From assembly GCA_945862075.1 (NCBI GenBank), contig CAMAWV010000002.1, positions 6,872 to 70,871 on the forward strand: a stretch of 64,000 nt of DNA. Direction: 5' to 3'. The stretch is from Rickettsia typhi (GTDB lineage: Bacteria; Pseudomonadota; Alphaproteobacteria; Rickettsiales; UBA1997). The translations under genes were made by a program, and so were the position numbers. The notes under the pieces are model-generated. The model was not told the DNA's origin. It saw only the letters and a program-made list of their open reading frames with translations, and made no database searches. Shown one piece after another: positions 19,959-29,477 of this stretch; positions within the stretch are counted from its first letter, which is position 1; the number at the start of each line of letters is the position of its first letter.

Positions 19959-20133
19959 TAAAAAATCTAGTATATTAAAGAATAACCTCAATAATATAGG
20001 TAATTTTAGATGCAAAATATTTTAAAACAACAAAATAAAAATAGCAAGAATTTTTTTATAATTTTATTTAAAATAAATTTGGGATGTAATAGTCTCGTAA
20101 TATTAAAACTATTTTAAATTTGTAAAAAACTGT

Positions 20134-20162
20134 TTGACAATTAAAAATTAATGTAATACTAT
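20134..20162 (+). promoter_or_regulatory. Possible sigma70-type promoter for the 20230 ORF
   Basis: TTGACA (20134-20139), a 17-nt spacer, then TACTAT (20157-20162). Confidence 0.25.
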
Positions 20163-20229
20163 TCATCTATTAATCTATAAATTATTTTACAGATTATATT
20201 AATGTGATTAACTTAAAATTTTTTAATTT

Positions 20230-20910
20230 GTGCCAAATGTATGTGAAAATCTTGCCGATCCACAAGTAATTACTCAAAAAATTATTGAACTATTTTCTAA
20301 TGATAGTATTGATGATAATGTCAAAAGAAAGAAAGCGACATTACTTGCTTCTCGTATTCCTAGTGATGCACTGGGTTTTTTAAATGACAATAGTTTATTA
20401 TCTAATGATGAAAAGCTTACGCAACTTAAAATACTTTTTACAACACATACTGAATCTGCGATTGAAAAAAATACAAACAAACATTTATCAAATAGTAAGA
20501 AAACAAAGCAATGGAGTGTATTTGGATGTGCTTATATGGCGTCCATTATTGTTGTGGCGACATCGGCAACAGCAGTTGGGGGTACCGTTTCTGCTGGAGT
20601 TTTTGCTGCTGCTGTAGGAGTTGCTACTGTAGGATGTATAACATATGGGTATTATAGAAATAAATCACTGGTAGCTGAAAACAACAATCTGGAAGCACAA
20701 ATTAATTTTATGAATAATGACAATGCTAATGAATTGCTGCAAGAAGAAACTGGTAAAATGGTCTTAATGAAGAAAGATTTTGCTAACTTCAAAGAATGGG
20801 TATCATCATTTTTTAGTAGAAGAGAAATACCTAGTAGTGATGCGAGTCATCCTGTAGTAGGAAGAGTAGTAGGAAGAAGAATAGAAACACAAGGGTTCTT
20901 GGCCGTATAA
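20230..20910 (+). CDS. Hypothetical protein with a central bilobed hydrophobic domain
   Basis: GTG start, with no in-frame ATG near the 5' end. It is flanked by AT-rich non-coding DNA. The central segment VFGCAYMASIIVVATSATAVGGTVSAGVFAAAVGVATVGCITYGYY reads as two closely spaced TM helices. No recognisable family. Confidence 0.5.
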   Translation: MPNVCENLADPQVITQKIIELFSNDSIDDNVKRKKATLLASRIPSDALGFLNDNSLLSNDEKLTQLKILFTTHTESAIEKNTNKHLSNSKKTKQWSVFGCAYMASIIVVATSATAVGGTVSAGVFAAAVGVATVGCITYGYYRNKSLVAENNNLEAQINFMNNDNANELLQEETGKMVLMKKDFANFKEWVSSFFSRREIPSSDASHPVVGRVVGRRIETQGFLAV

Positions 20911-20967
20911 TAATGTTGTAACAGGGCGGTTATAAATTGACAAAATATTAAAAATTAAAATGCCATT

Positions 20968-21951
20968 TTACTTAAAAATGATTTTTGATAATCTGTGAGC
21001 TTCGTTTAGTGGTAAATAACTGTATTTAGTAAGCCTTGTTTGATTTGGTAAAAGTATTTGAGCTAAATTTTCTTGTTGTAATTGTTGGTGAAATAAATTA
21101 TGTTTATTTTTAATAATATGAGGGTGGCTAAAAATATAAACAGGCTTGCCAGTGGAGAGACTTTCCGAGATCATCGAAACAGAATCGCCAGTGATAACTA
21201 AAAAATTTGCCAAAGCAAGGGTTTGTAAATAATAATCGCTGCCACTCTGATGCCAATCATGAAAAATAATATTTGTTTGTTGTTGTAAAAAGTTGTTAAT
21301 AGCAGAGCTGGTTCTTTTGCTGTTTAAAACGATTAATTGAGCTTGCATTTTTTTGACAATGCTAGATATTTGGTTATAGAGTTGTAAAAAAATTTCTAAT
21401 GAAAAATTTTGTTTTTTAGCAAACGATCCGCCTATTAAAAGAGCTATGATTGGTTGATTTTGATTAATTTTAGCAAGAAAAGTGTTGTCAAAACTAATAT
21501 TGCGAATTTTTGTGTTATCAAAGTTAGCTAAACCACCTAAACTAAATAAAACATTTTTTGGTAAATTTGGTTTATGGTCGTGTTTTGGTAGAATTATCCA
21601 ATCAAATAAGTGAAGAGGAAGTTGTGGATGCATAATCTGAATTATTTTTGGCAAAGCAAAACCTTTTTTTTTGGCTTGTTTTTGTAGATATAAAGCAAAA
21701 GTTGCCGTTCTTCTGCCAGCAGAAATAATATGAGAGGGAAAATAATTGAGATTTTTAAAAATATGTTTATTTTTTAAGCGAAATAAACAATAATCAATGC
21801 CAAAAGTGAAATTGGGTAGATTTGCCAAATAATTATAATCAAGATAAAATTTATGCTGTGCAATATTGATATAATTTGCCAAAGCAATAGCTTGGCTAGA
21901 GGTTCCGGGGCGATTATCGAGCAATAGCCAAATTTCTGGTTTATTTTGCAT
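20968..21951 (-). CDS. ELM1-family (DUF1022, mitochondrial-fission ELM1-like) putative glycosyltransferase
   Basis: IWLLLDNRPGTSSQAIALA, IISAGRRT, IIALLIGGS and VITGDSVSMISESLSTGKPVYIF match the ELM1/DUF1022 pattern. I trimmed the start to ATG 21951 (MQNKPEIW), which overlaps the coaD stop by 11 nt. Confidence 0.65.
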   Translation of the reverse strand: MQNKPEIWLLLDNRPGTSSQAIALANYINIAQHKFYLDYNYLANLPNFTFGIDYCLFRLKNKHIFKNLNYFPSHIISAGRRTATFALYLQKQAKKKGFALPKIIQIMHPQLPLHLFDWIILPKHDHKPNLPKNVLFSLGGLANFDNTKIRNISFDNTFLAKINQNQPIIALLIGGSFAKKQNFSLEIFLQLYNQISSIVKKMQAQLIVLNSKRTSSAINNFLQQQTNIIFHDWHQSGSDYYLQTLALANFLVITGDSVSMISESLSTGKPVYIFSHPHIIKNKHNLFHQQLQQENLAQILLPNQTRLTKYSYLPLNEAHRLSKIIFK

Positions 21952-22447
21952 ATTTTTTTTGTAATTGCATAGCAACATTTTGCGAAACAAATTCGGCAGT
22001 GTTGCCACCAAGCCGAGCAACTTCTTTTACAAATCTAGAAGCGGTAAAATGATGATTTTTTGATGCAGGTAAAAAAATGGTTTGAATATTAGAGTTAAGA
22101 GTAGAATTCATGCCAAACATTTGAAATTCATATTCGAAATCTGATACCGCTCTTAAGCCTCTAACAATTGCTATTGCTTGGTTTTGCTTGGCAAAATCAA
22201 CCAACAAACCGCTAAAAGAAGTGGTAAAAACTTTTTCGTTAAGATTATGATGGTGAATTTCATGTTGAATGAGATTTATTCTTTCTTGAACCGAAAAAAG
22301 TGAATTTTTAACATTATCATAAGCAACTCCTACAATAAGTTTTTCAAATATTGCACTGGCTCTAATAATAATATCGAGATGTCCAAAAGTTATGGGATCA
22401 AAACTACCTGGATAAATAGCGGTTTTATTAGTCATGTTTTTTATCAT
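21941..22447 (-). CDS. coaD: Phosphopantetheine adenylyltransferase
   Basis: AIYPGSFDPITFGHLDII (HxGH nucleotidyltransferase motif) and RGLRAVSDFEYE are present. Confidence 0.9.
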   Translation of the reverse strand: MIKNMTNKTAIYPGSFDPITFGHLDIIIRASAIFEKLIVGVAYDNVKNSLFSVQERINLIQHEIHHHNLNEKVFTTSFSGLLVDFAKQNQAIAIVRGLRAVSDFEYEFQMFGMNSTLNSNIQTIFLPASKNHHFTASRFVKEVARLGGNTAEFVSQNVAMQLQKKYAK

Positions 22448-24014
22448 TTGATTTATGATTAGAGATTGGCATCACCTCTAAAATTGGAGCGATATTTTTA
22501 ATAATTTTACCTGCAATAGGAGCTGCAATCATACCTGCGGTATTGTAAATATTATTTGGCCTATCAAACAAAATATAAACTAAATATTGAGGCTTGCTTA
22601 TAGGAAAGATGCTAACAAAAGATGCTAAAGTTTGTTTTTCGTTGTAAATTCCGTTTTCGGCTCTGTCTGCTGTGCCAGTTTTGCCACCAACCTCGTAGCC
22701 CTCAACATTAGCAAATTTACCAGTACCATTTTCTACTGCATTTCTTAACATTTTTTTAAGATTTTCGTTGGTTTCTTGGCTAATTACTTGGGATTTATTG
22801 AGTTTATATTGGTTTTTGATGAAAATTGGAGTAAGTAAATTGCCTCCATTTACCATAGCTGAAGCGGCGATAGCAAAATGTAGTGGTGTAGTTGCTAAAC
22901 CGTGTCCGTAAGAGATGGTAAACATATTGATCTCTCGCCAGTTTTTAGGATAAAGGGGTTTGCCTAGTCCTGGAAAATCGGCGATAATTTTATTTAAAAA
23001 ACCTATTTTTGTTAAAAATTCTTGTTGAGCTTTAGGACCAAATTTTTCGGCAATTTTGATAGTGCCAATATTAGAAGAATAGGCGAATATTTGGTTAACA
23101 TCAAGAATTTCTTGATGAAAATCATGATCTTTAATGGTGAATCTGCCATATTTTATTGGTTCTTTTACCGAAAAAGTGGTATTGAGATTGACTAATTTTT
23201 TTTCTAAGGCTAATGCATTAGTAAAAAGCTTCATGACTGAACCAAGTTCATAAACTCCGCCAGTTATCATATTGAATCGTTGCTCTGGATTAGCTTCGCT
23301 TTGTAAATTTGGATCAAAAGATGGTAAAGAAGAAAGAGCTAAAATTTCGCCAGTGTTAACATTTAAAATTAGTCCCCCAACATTTTTAGCTTTGAATTGC
23401 TCTTTTGCTTTAATTAGTTCATTGTGTAAAATATCTTGCACTCTAATATCAAGAGAAAGATAAACTGGTTTATTGCTTAATAATTGTTTATTGTATTGCA
23501 TTTCAATTCCAGCTAAGCCGTTGCGATCGGAATCGGTGTAGCCTACATAATGGCTTACAATTGATTTTTGAGGGTAGATTCTGATTAGATCTTCTTCGAA
23601 AATTAAGCCAGCTATTTCGAGTTTTTTTACTTGCTCTACTTGTGAAGGGGTAAGGTTTCTTTTGAGTAAAATTTGTTGTTTGTTTTTTTTATTGTCAACG
23701 ATTTTTTTTAATAATTCTTTTTCAGAAATATCGCTGAAAATCATTGGTAAAGTTTTAGCAATAAATTGACTATTTCTTGCTAAATTAGAGTGTAGATAAA
23801 GAGATTTTGTTTTTAAGTCGGTGGCAACTAAAATGCCGTTTCTATCGTAAATATCGGCTCTAGAATTTAATTTGTTATTATTATATAGATTGTTGATTTT
23901 TTTATCTTGATTTAGAACTAAAGTTATCATTTTGATAATTATAAAAGTAAATATCAAAATGATAACAATAAAAATAAAACTTAATCTAGAATACTTAATA
24001 TGTTTTGTGTTCAT
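22428..24014 (-). CDS. ftsI: Class B penicillin-binding protein / division transpeptidase (FtsI-like)
   Basis: N-terminal TM anchor and transpeptidase motifs GSVMK (SxxK), SSN and KTGTA. Confidence 0.85.
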   Translation of the reverse strand: MNTKHIKYSRLSFIFIVIILIFTFIIIKMITLVLNQDKKINNLYNNNKLNSRADIYDRNGILVATDLKTKSLYLHSNLARNSQFIAKTLPMIFSDISEKELLKKIVDNKKNKQQILLKRNLTPSQVEQVKKLEIAGLIFEEDLIRIYPQKSIVSHYVGYTDSDRNGLAGIEMQYNKQLLSNKPVYLSLDIRVQDILHNELIKAKEQFKAKNVGGLILNVNTGEILALSSLPSFDPNLQSEANPEQRFNMITGGVYELGSVMKLFTNALALEKKLVNLNTTFSVKEPIKYGRFTIKDHDFHQEILDVNQIFAYSSNIGTIKIAEKFGPKAQQEFLTKIGFLNKIIADFPGLGKPLYPKNWREINMFTISYGHGLATTPLHFAIAASAMVNGGNLLTPIFIKNQYKLNKSQVISQETNENLKKMLRNAVENGTGKFANVEGYEVGGKTGTADRAENGIYNEKQTLASFVSIFPISKPQYLVYILFDRPNNIYNTAGMIAAPIAGKIIKNIAPILEVMPISNHKSNDKKHD

Positions 24015-24068
24015 TGGTTAATTATCAAAACAAGAAGCTGTAGCATTTGTTTTTTGTTAAAAAAGACT

Positions 24069-25639
<1,571 letters not shown>

Positions 25640-25647
<8 letters not shown>

Positions 25648-26377
25648 TTGTAGCTAATTGTTTTGATTTTTCTTCGAGTTGTTGGGTGAGGGTTTGTATA
25701 AAATGTTGTTTATTTAAACCGATATTTATTGGTGGTAAAAATTCAATAAGAATTGTTCCTGATTTATGGCTAAAAAGTTTTTTTGGCCAAAAAAGCCCAG
25801 AATTTAGAGCAATTGGAACTACAGGAACTTGACAATTTTGATAAAGCGCAATAATGCCAGGTTGATAGGGATATTGGAAAATTTCACTAAAAACTTCTAC
25901 TCGAGTTCCTTGTGGAAAAATAACAATTGATTGATTTTTGCTTAAGTATTTTTTGGCTTGTTGTAAAACATGTTTTAAGGCACTAGCACCACCTTTTCGT
26001 TTTACTTTAATACCGCTCATGGCATTTAAAAACCAACCGTAAAAAGGTATTTTTAGAAGCTCGGTTTTGTAAGCATAAACTGGACGATGAATAATAAGAT
26101 GCATAATAATTGTTTCCCACATAGATTGATGTTTGCAGGCGAAAATACAAGGATAGTTTGGAATGTTATGCTTATTAATTATTTGATAATTGATGCCACA
26201 TATATTTTTTAAAGAAAACATGATAATTTTAGCCCAAATTTTAGCACCAAAATCGGCTATTTTATTACTTTTAAAAATAATTGATGGGATAAAAAATATT
26301 GCAGGAATTAAAAAACTAAATAAAAAGAGAGCTGTATAAAAAAGAAATGATCTGAAAAATGAAAAGATTTTAGGCAT
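25640..26377 (-). CDS. plsC: 1-acyl-sn-glycerol-3-phosphate acyltransferase
   Basis: N-terminal TM segment, acyltransferase motif KHQSMWET, and FPQGTR. Confidence 0.8.
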
Positions 26378-26406
26378 ATTGTTTGGTGTTTGACAAGCTA
26401 AAAACG

Positions 26407-26481
26407 TGGTGCCGAATGTCGGATTTGAACTGACGACCTACTGTTTACAAGACAGTTGCTCTACCACTGAGCTAATTCGGC
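26407..26481 (-). tRNA. tRNA-Thr (anticodon UGU)
   Basis: Reverse complement GCCGAATTAGCTCAGTGGTAGAGCAACTGTCTTGTAAACAGTAGGTCGTCAGTTCAAATCCGACATTCGGCACCA is 75 nt. Anticodon loop is CTTGTAA. There is one A-C mismatch in the T stem, and CCA is encoded. Confidence 0.85.
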
Positions 26482-26486
26482 TAAAA

Positions 26487-26527
26487 CCTAAAAAAACATA
26501 ATATTTTTAATCTTATGTTTTTTTAGG
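26487..26527 (-). terminator. Hairpin terminator downstream of the 93-aa secreted-protein gene
   Basis: Perfect 15-bp inverted repeat CCTAAAAAAACATAA (26487-26501) / TTATGTTTTTTTAGG (26513-26527) with an 11-nt loop, 22 nt after the gene stop. On the minus strand it is followed by TTTTAG. Confidence 0.5.
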
Positions 26528-26548
26528 TAATAATTTAGTACAACACTA

Positions 26549-26830
26549 TTATTTTTTAGCATTTGGAACATTTGCAGGAACTGGTTGTTTTGCAGGATCA
26601 ACTGCAACAGCAGGAGCGGCAGCGGGAGCGGCAGCAACGGCAGCAACAGGAGCGGCAACAGTAGCATCAGTTTTAGGAGCTTTTTTAGGAGCTTTTTTAG
26701 GAGCTTTTTTAGGAGCTTCTTTCGCCGCAGTATTATCACTAGGATTTGTAGTATCTGAACTTGGACCTTGAGCTATAGCAGAAGTTGCAAATAAAGCAAC
26801 TAAAACGGCAAAAAATGAAAACTTTTTCAT
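26549..26830 (-). CDS. Small secreted Lys/Ala/Pro-repeat protein
   Basis: Signal peptide MKKFSFFAVLVALFATSAIA-QG, then AKEAPKKAPKKAPKKAPK and an Ala/Pro/Val tract (VAAPVAAVAAAPAAAPAVAV). The gene is locally GC-rich in an AT-rich genome. Promoter-like and terminator-like signals flank it. Confidence 0.7.
   Translation of the reverse strand: MKKFSFFAVLVALFATSAIAQGPSSDTTNPSDNTAAKEAPKKAPKKAPKKAPKTDATVAAPVAAVAAAPAAAPAVAVDPAKQPVPANVPNAKK
26671..26716. repeat. 12-bp tandem repeat (about 3.8 copies) encoding the KAPK repeats
   Basis: ttttaggagc followed by three exact ttttttaggagc units, at 26681, 26693 and 26705. Confidence 0.85.
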
Positions 26831-26932
26831 AATTTATTAATTTAGTATTGTTGTTTTTTTATTGTTTAAACGACTTCAACTCGCTAAGAACTTTACTTAT
26901 GATAAAGATCGGCTAATTTAATCTTAAAAAAC

Positions 26933-26961
26933 ATTTTAAAAACAATATTTTTGATTGTCAA
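26933..26961 (-). promoter_or_regulatory. Consensus-like sigma70 promoter for the 93-aa secreted-protein gene
   Basis: The minus strand reads TTGACA (26961-26956), a 17-nt spacer, then TAAAAT (26938-26933), about 100 nt upstream of the ATG at 26830. Confidence 0.35.
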
Positions 26962-27100
26962 TAATTTTTTTAAAATTATTCTTTTATTTTTATAAAAATA
27001 TGAAAAATCTTAAAAAGTAGTTGCAAAATGAAAAACGGTATTTAAAATATTACGATTGTTTATTTTTTTAAACAAAAATACAAATAACATAATTTTTTGA

Positions 27101-27174
27101 GCGGGTGTAGCTCAATGGTAGAGTTCCAGCCTTCCAAGCTGGCCGTGAGGGTTCAATTCCCTTCACCCGCTCCA
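27101..27174 (+). tRNA. tRNA-Gly (anticodon UCC)
   Basis: GCGGGTGTAGCTCAATGGTAGAGTTCCAGCCTTCCAAGCTGGCCGTGAGGGTTCAATTCCCTTCACCCGCTCCA is 74 nt. Acceptor stem is GCGGGTG/CACCCGC, anticodon loop is CTTCCAA, and CCA is encoded. Confidence 0.9.
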
Positions 27175-27191
27175 TTATTTTGTTTTTTAGC

Positions 27192-27277
27192 GGAGGGATG
27201 GCCGAGTGGTCAATGGCAGCAGACTGTAAATCTGCCCGCGTTAGCGTTCGCAGGTTCAAATCCTGCTCCCTCCACCA
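27192..27277 (+). tRNA. tRNA-Tyr (anticodon GUA)
   Basis: GGAGGGATGGCCGAGTGGTCAATGGCAGCAGACTGTAAATCTGC...GCAGGTTCAAATCCTGCTCCCTCCACCA is an 86-nt type II tRNA with a long variable arm. CCA is encoded. Confidence 0.9.
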
Positions 27278-27311
27278 CCTTCAAAAATAATTTTACTTTT
27301 TTATTAATTTT

Positions 27312-27863
27312 ATGTTTAAAAATATCAAATTATTATTTCTTACAATAATTCAAATTTTCTTTCTTATGTCTAATGTTAATGCAACTAATTTAGAAAACAC
27401 TCTTTATATCGATTTAAAAGATGGTCGAGTAGTTATTGAAATGCTTCCAGATATTGCTCCGAAGCATGTAGAAAGAATTAAAACATTAACTCGTCAAAAA
27501 TTTTATGATGGTATTGTTTTTCATAGAGTTCTTGATGGTTTTATGGTGCAAACTGGCGATCCTACTGGTACTGGTACGGGAGGTAGTAAATTAAACGATC
27601 TTACAGCAGAATTTTCTAAACAACCTCATGTTAGAGGAGTTGTTTCTATGGCAAGGGCTCAATCACCAAATAGTGCCAATAGTCAATTTTTTATTGTAAC
27701 CAAAGATTCTAATTTTCTTGATGGTCAGTATACTGTATGGGGTAAAGTTGTTTCTGGTATTGAGTTTGTTGATAAAATTAAAAAAGGTAATCCCGCTAAT
27801 AATGGTCAAGTTTCTGATCCTGACAAAATGTTAAAAGTGAGAGTTGCTTCTGATGTAAAATAG
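27312..27863 (+). CDS. ppiB: Cyclophilin-type peptidyl-prolyl cis-trans isomerase, exported
   Basis: Signal-peptide-like N-terminus, then FYDGIVFHRVLDGFMVQTGDPTGTGTGGS and ANSQFFIV. Confidence 0.9.
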   Translation: MFKNIKLLFLTIIQIFFLMSNVNATNLENTLYIDLKDGRVVIEMLPDIAPKHVERIKTLTRQKFYDGIVFHRVLDGFMVQTGDPTGTGTGGSKLNDLTAEFSKQPHVRGVVSMARAQSPNSANSQFFIVTKDSNFLDGQYTVWGKVVSGIEFVDKIKKGNPANNGQVSDPDKMLKVRVASDVK

Positions 27864-27886
27864 TGAAAAATTTTTATTTTGCTGTT

Positions 27887-27947
27887 ATCCAGTTTTATAT
27901 TAAAAAATTCTTGTTAATATTTTGATATAAAACTGGATTTTTTTTTT
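27887..27947 (+). terminator. Rho-independent terminator after the PPIase gene
   Basis: Perfect 14-bp inverted repeat ATCCAGTTTTATAT (27887-27900) / ATATAAAACTGGAT (27925-27938), followed directly by a run of about ten T. tRNA-Ser begins immediately afterwards. Confidence 0.55.
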
Positions 27948-28041
27948 GGATGAATGGCCGAGTGGTCGAAGGCGCACGCCTGGAAAGTGTGTATAGGGCT
28001 AAAAAACTCTATCGAGAGTTCGAATCTCTCTTCATCCGCCA
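27948..28041 (+). tRNA. tRNA-Ser (anticodon GGA)
   Basis: GGATGAATGGCCGAGTGGTCGAAGGCGCACGCCTGGAAAGTGTG...GAGAGTTCGAATCTCTCTTCATCCGCCA is a 94-nt type II tRNA with a long variable arm. CCA is encoded. Confidence 0.9.
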
Positions 28042-28057
28042 ATTTTTTTTATGAAAA

Positions 28058-29449
28058 ATGTTTGATAAATATTTAATTTATGGCTTGGGCAAATCTGGCC
28101 TAGCAACTGCCAAGTTTTTAGATGATAATAATTGTTTAGTTTTTGCTATCGATGATAACTTGCAAAAAATAGAAGAATTAGTTTCTGTTTATCCAAAAAT
28201 TAATTTTTTAACCAATCTTGATAATTTTATTTTTGATAGTAAAACAGCGGTGATTTTTGCTCCTGGTATTCCACTTTATTACCCTACAAGGCATAAAATT
28301 ATTGATTTATGTCAAAAATTTCACTCTCATCTTTTGGGCGACATAGAATTATTTTTTTTGTTAAATAATTTTTATAATCAATTTATTGGTATTACTGGCA
28401 CAAATGGTAAATCAACCACTACTTCTTTGGTGGCTTTTATTTTTGAAAAACTGCAAATAAATTATTCGGTGGGTGGGAATTTGGGTTTTTCTTGTTTTTC
28501 TTTGCCACAGCAGCAACAAAATCATCATTATATTTTTGAAATTTCTTCTTTTCAGCTCGATTTAATTAAATACACTAGGTTTCATATTGCATCTTTGCTA
28601 AATATTACTCCTGATCATCTCGATAGACATGGAAGTTTTCAAAATTATATTGACTCAAAAAAACGAATTTTTATTAATCAATTGCCGTGTGATTATGCAA
28701 TAATAAGTATTGACAATAAAATTAATGCAAATATTATTGCCGATTGGCAGTTTGCAAGCAGATTATTGCCAGTTTCAAATAATCAAATCTTGCAGAATGG
28801 TATTAGTTTGGTTAATGGTGTTTTATCGATTAATTTTATGGGTTATAGTTATTGTAAAAAAATGCAATCAGAGTTTTTAAGAGGCAAGCATAATGAACAA
28901 AATATTGTGGTTGCTTTTGCAAATTTATTTTGCTATTTTTTAAGTAAAAATCAATTAAACAACAATATAATTGAGGCAATAATTAATGCTATTTTGCAGT
29001 TTACTGGTTTGAAACATCGCTTACAAATTGTAGCACAACAAAATAATATTTGTTTTATTAACGATAGTAAGGCAACCAATGCCGATTCTACTAAACATGC
29101 TCTTTCTGCCTACAATAATATTTTTTGGATTTTAGGCGGAAAAGCTAAAGAAGGGGGAATAGATAGCTTGGTTGAATATTTTACTAAAATTAATAAAGCC
29201 TATTTAATTGGCGAGTCTGCCTGTGATTTTGCTTTAGTTTTGCAAAAGCATAAAGTGCAGTTTACAATTTGCCACAATCTCGAATCTGCTTTTAATATTG
29301 CCTATAACGATGCTAAAAAAGATAATAATAAATTAGCAAATATTTTACTTTCTCCAGCTTGTGCTTCATTAGATCAATGGCAGAGTTTTGAGCATCGGGG
29401 AGACTATTTTTGTAAGTTAGTTACTAATGTTGTTGGTGATAAAAAATGA
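28058..29449 (+). CDS. murD: UDP-N-acetylmuramoylalanine--D-glutamate ligase
   Basis: GLGKSG, GITGTNGKSTTT, NITPDHLDRH, NDSKATN and the Mur ligase C-terminal domain are present. Confidence 0.9.
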   Translation: MFDKYLIYGLGKSGLATAKFLDDNNCLVFAIDDNLQKIEELVSVYPKINFLTNLDNFIFDSKTAVIFAPGIPLYYPTRHKIIDLCQKFHSHLLGDIELFFLLNNFYNQFIGITGTNGKSTTTSLVAFIFEKLQINYSVGGNLGFSCFSLPQQQQNHHYIFEISSFQLDLIKYTRFHIASLLNITPDHLDRHGSFQNYIDSKKRIFINQLPCDYAIISIDNKINANIIADWQFASRLLPVSNNQILQNGISLVNGVLSINFMGYSYCKKMQSEFLRGKHNEQNIVVAFANLFCYFLSKNQLNNNIIEAIINAILQFTGLKHRLQIVAQQNNICFINDSKATNADSTKHALSAYNNIFWILGGKAKEGGIDSLVEYFTKINKAYLIGESACDFALVLQKHKVQFTICHNLESAFNIAYNDAKKDNNKLANILLSPACASLDQWQSFEHRGDYFCKLVTNVVGDKK

Positions 29450-29477
29450 AGTTTTTTAGGTTAATCAATAAAAATCT

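Noticed and set aside
19872-20015. N-terminal 48-codon extension of the track ORF 19164-20015
   Set aside because: The extension is a read-through of the tRNA-Lys gene (19883-19958) on the same strand. The internal ATG at 19871 gives a sensible signal-anchor N-terminus.
26488-26739. Alternative-frame ORF (LLKKLLKKLLKK...LPLLLLPLL) overlapping the KAPK-repeat gene
   Set aside because: It is the same strand in a shifted frame of the repeat. The 26549-26830 frame has a proper signal peptide, a start context and flanking promoter and terminator signals, so I kept that one.
27068-27348. Track ORFs 27068-27259 (-) and 27097-27348 (+)
   Set aside because: They are translations of the tRNA-Gly and tRNA-Tyr genes and their spacer, not protein-coding.
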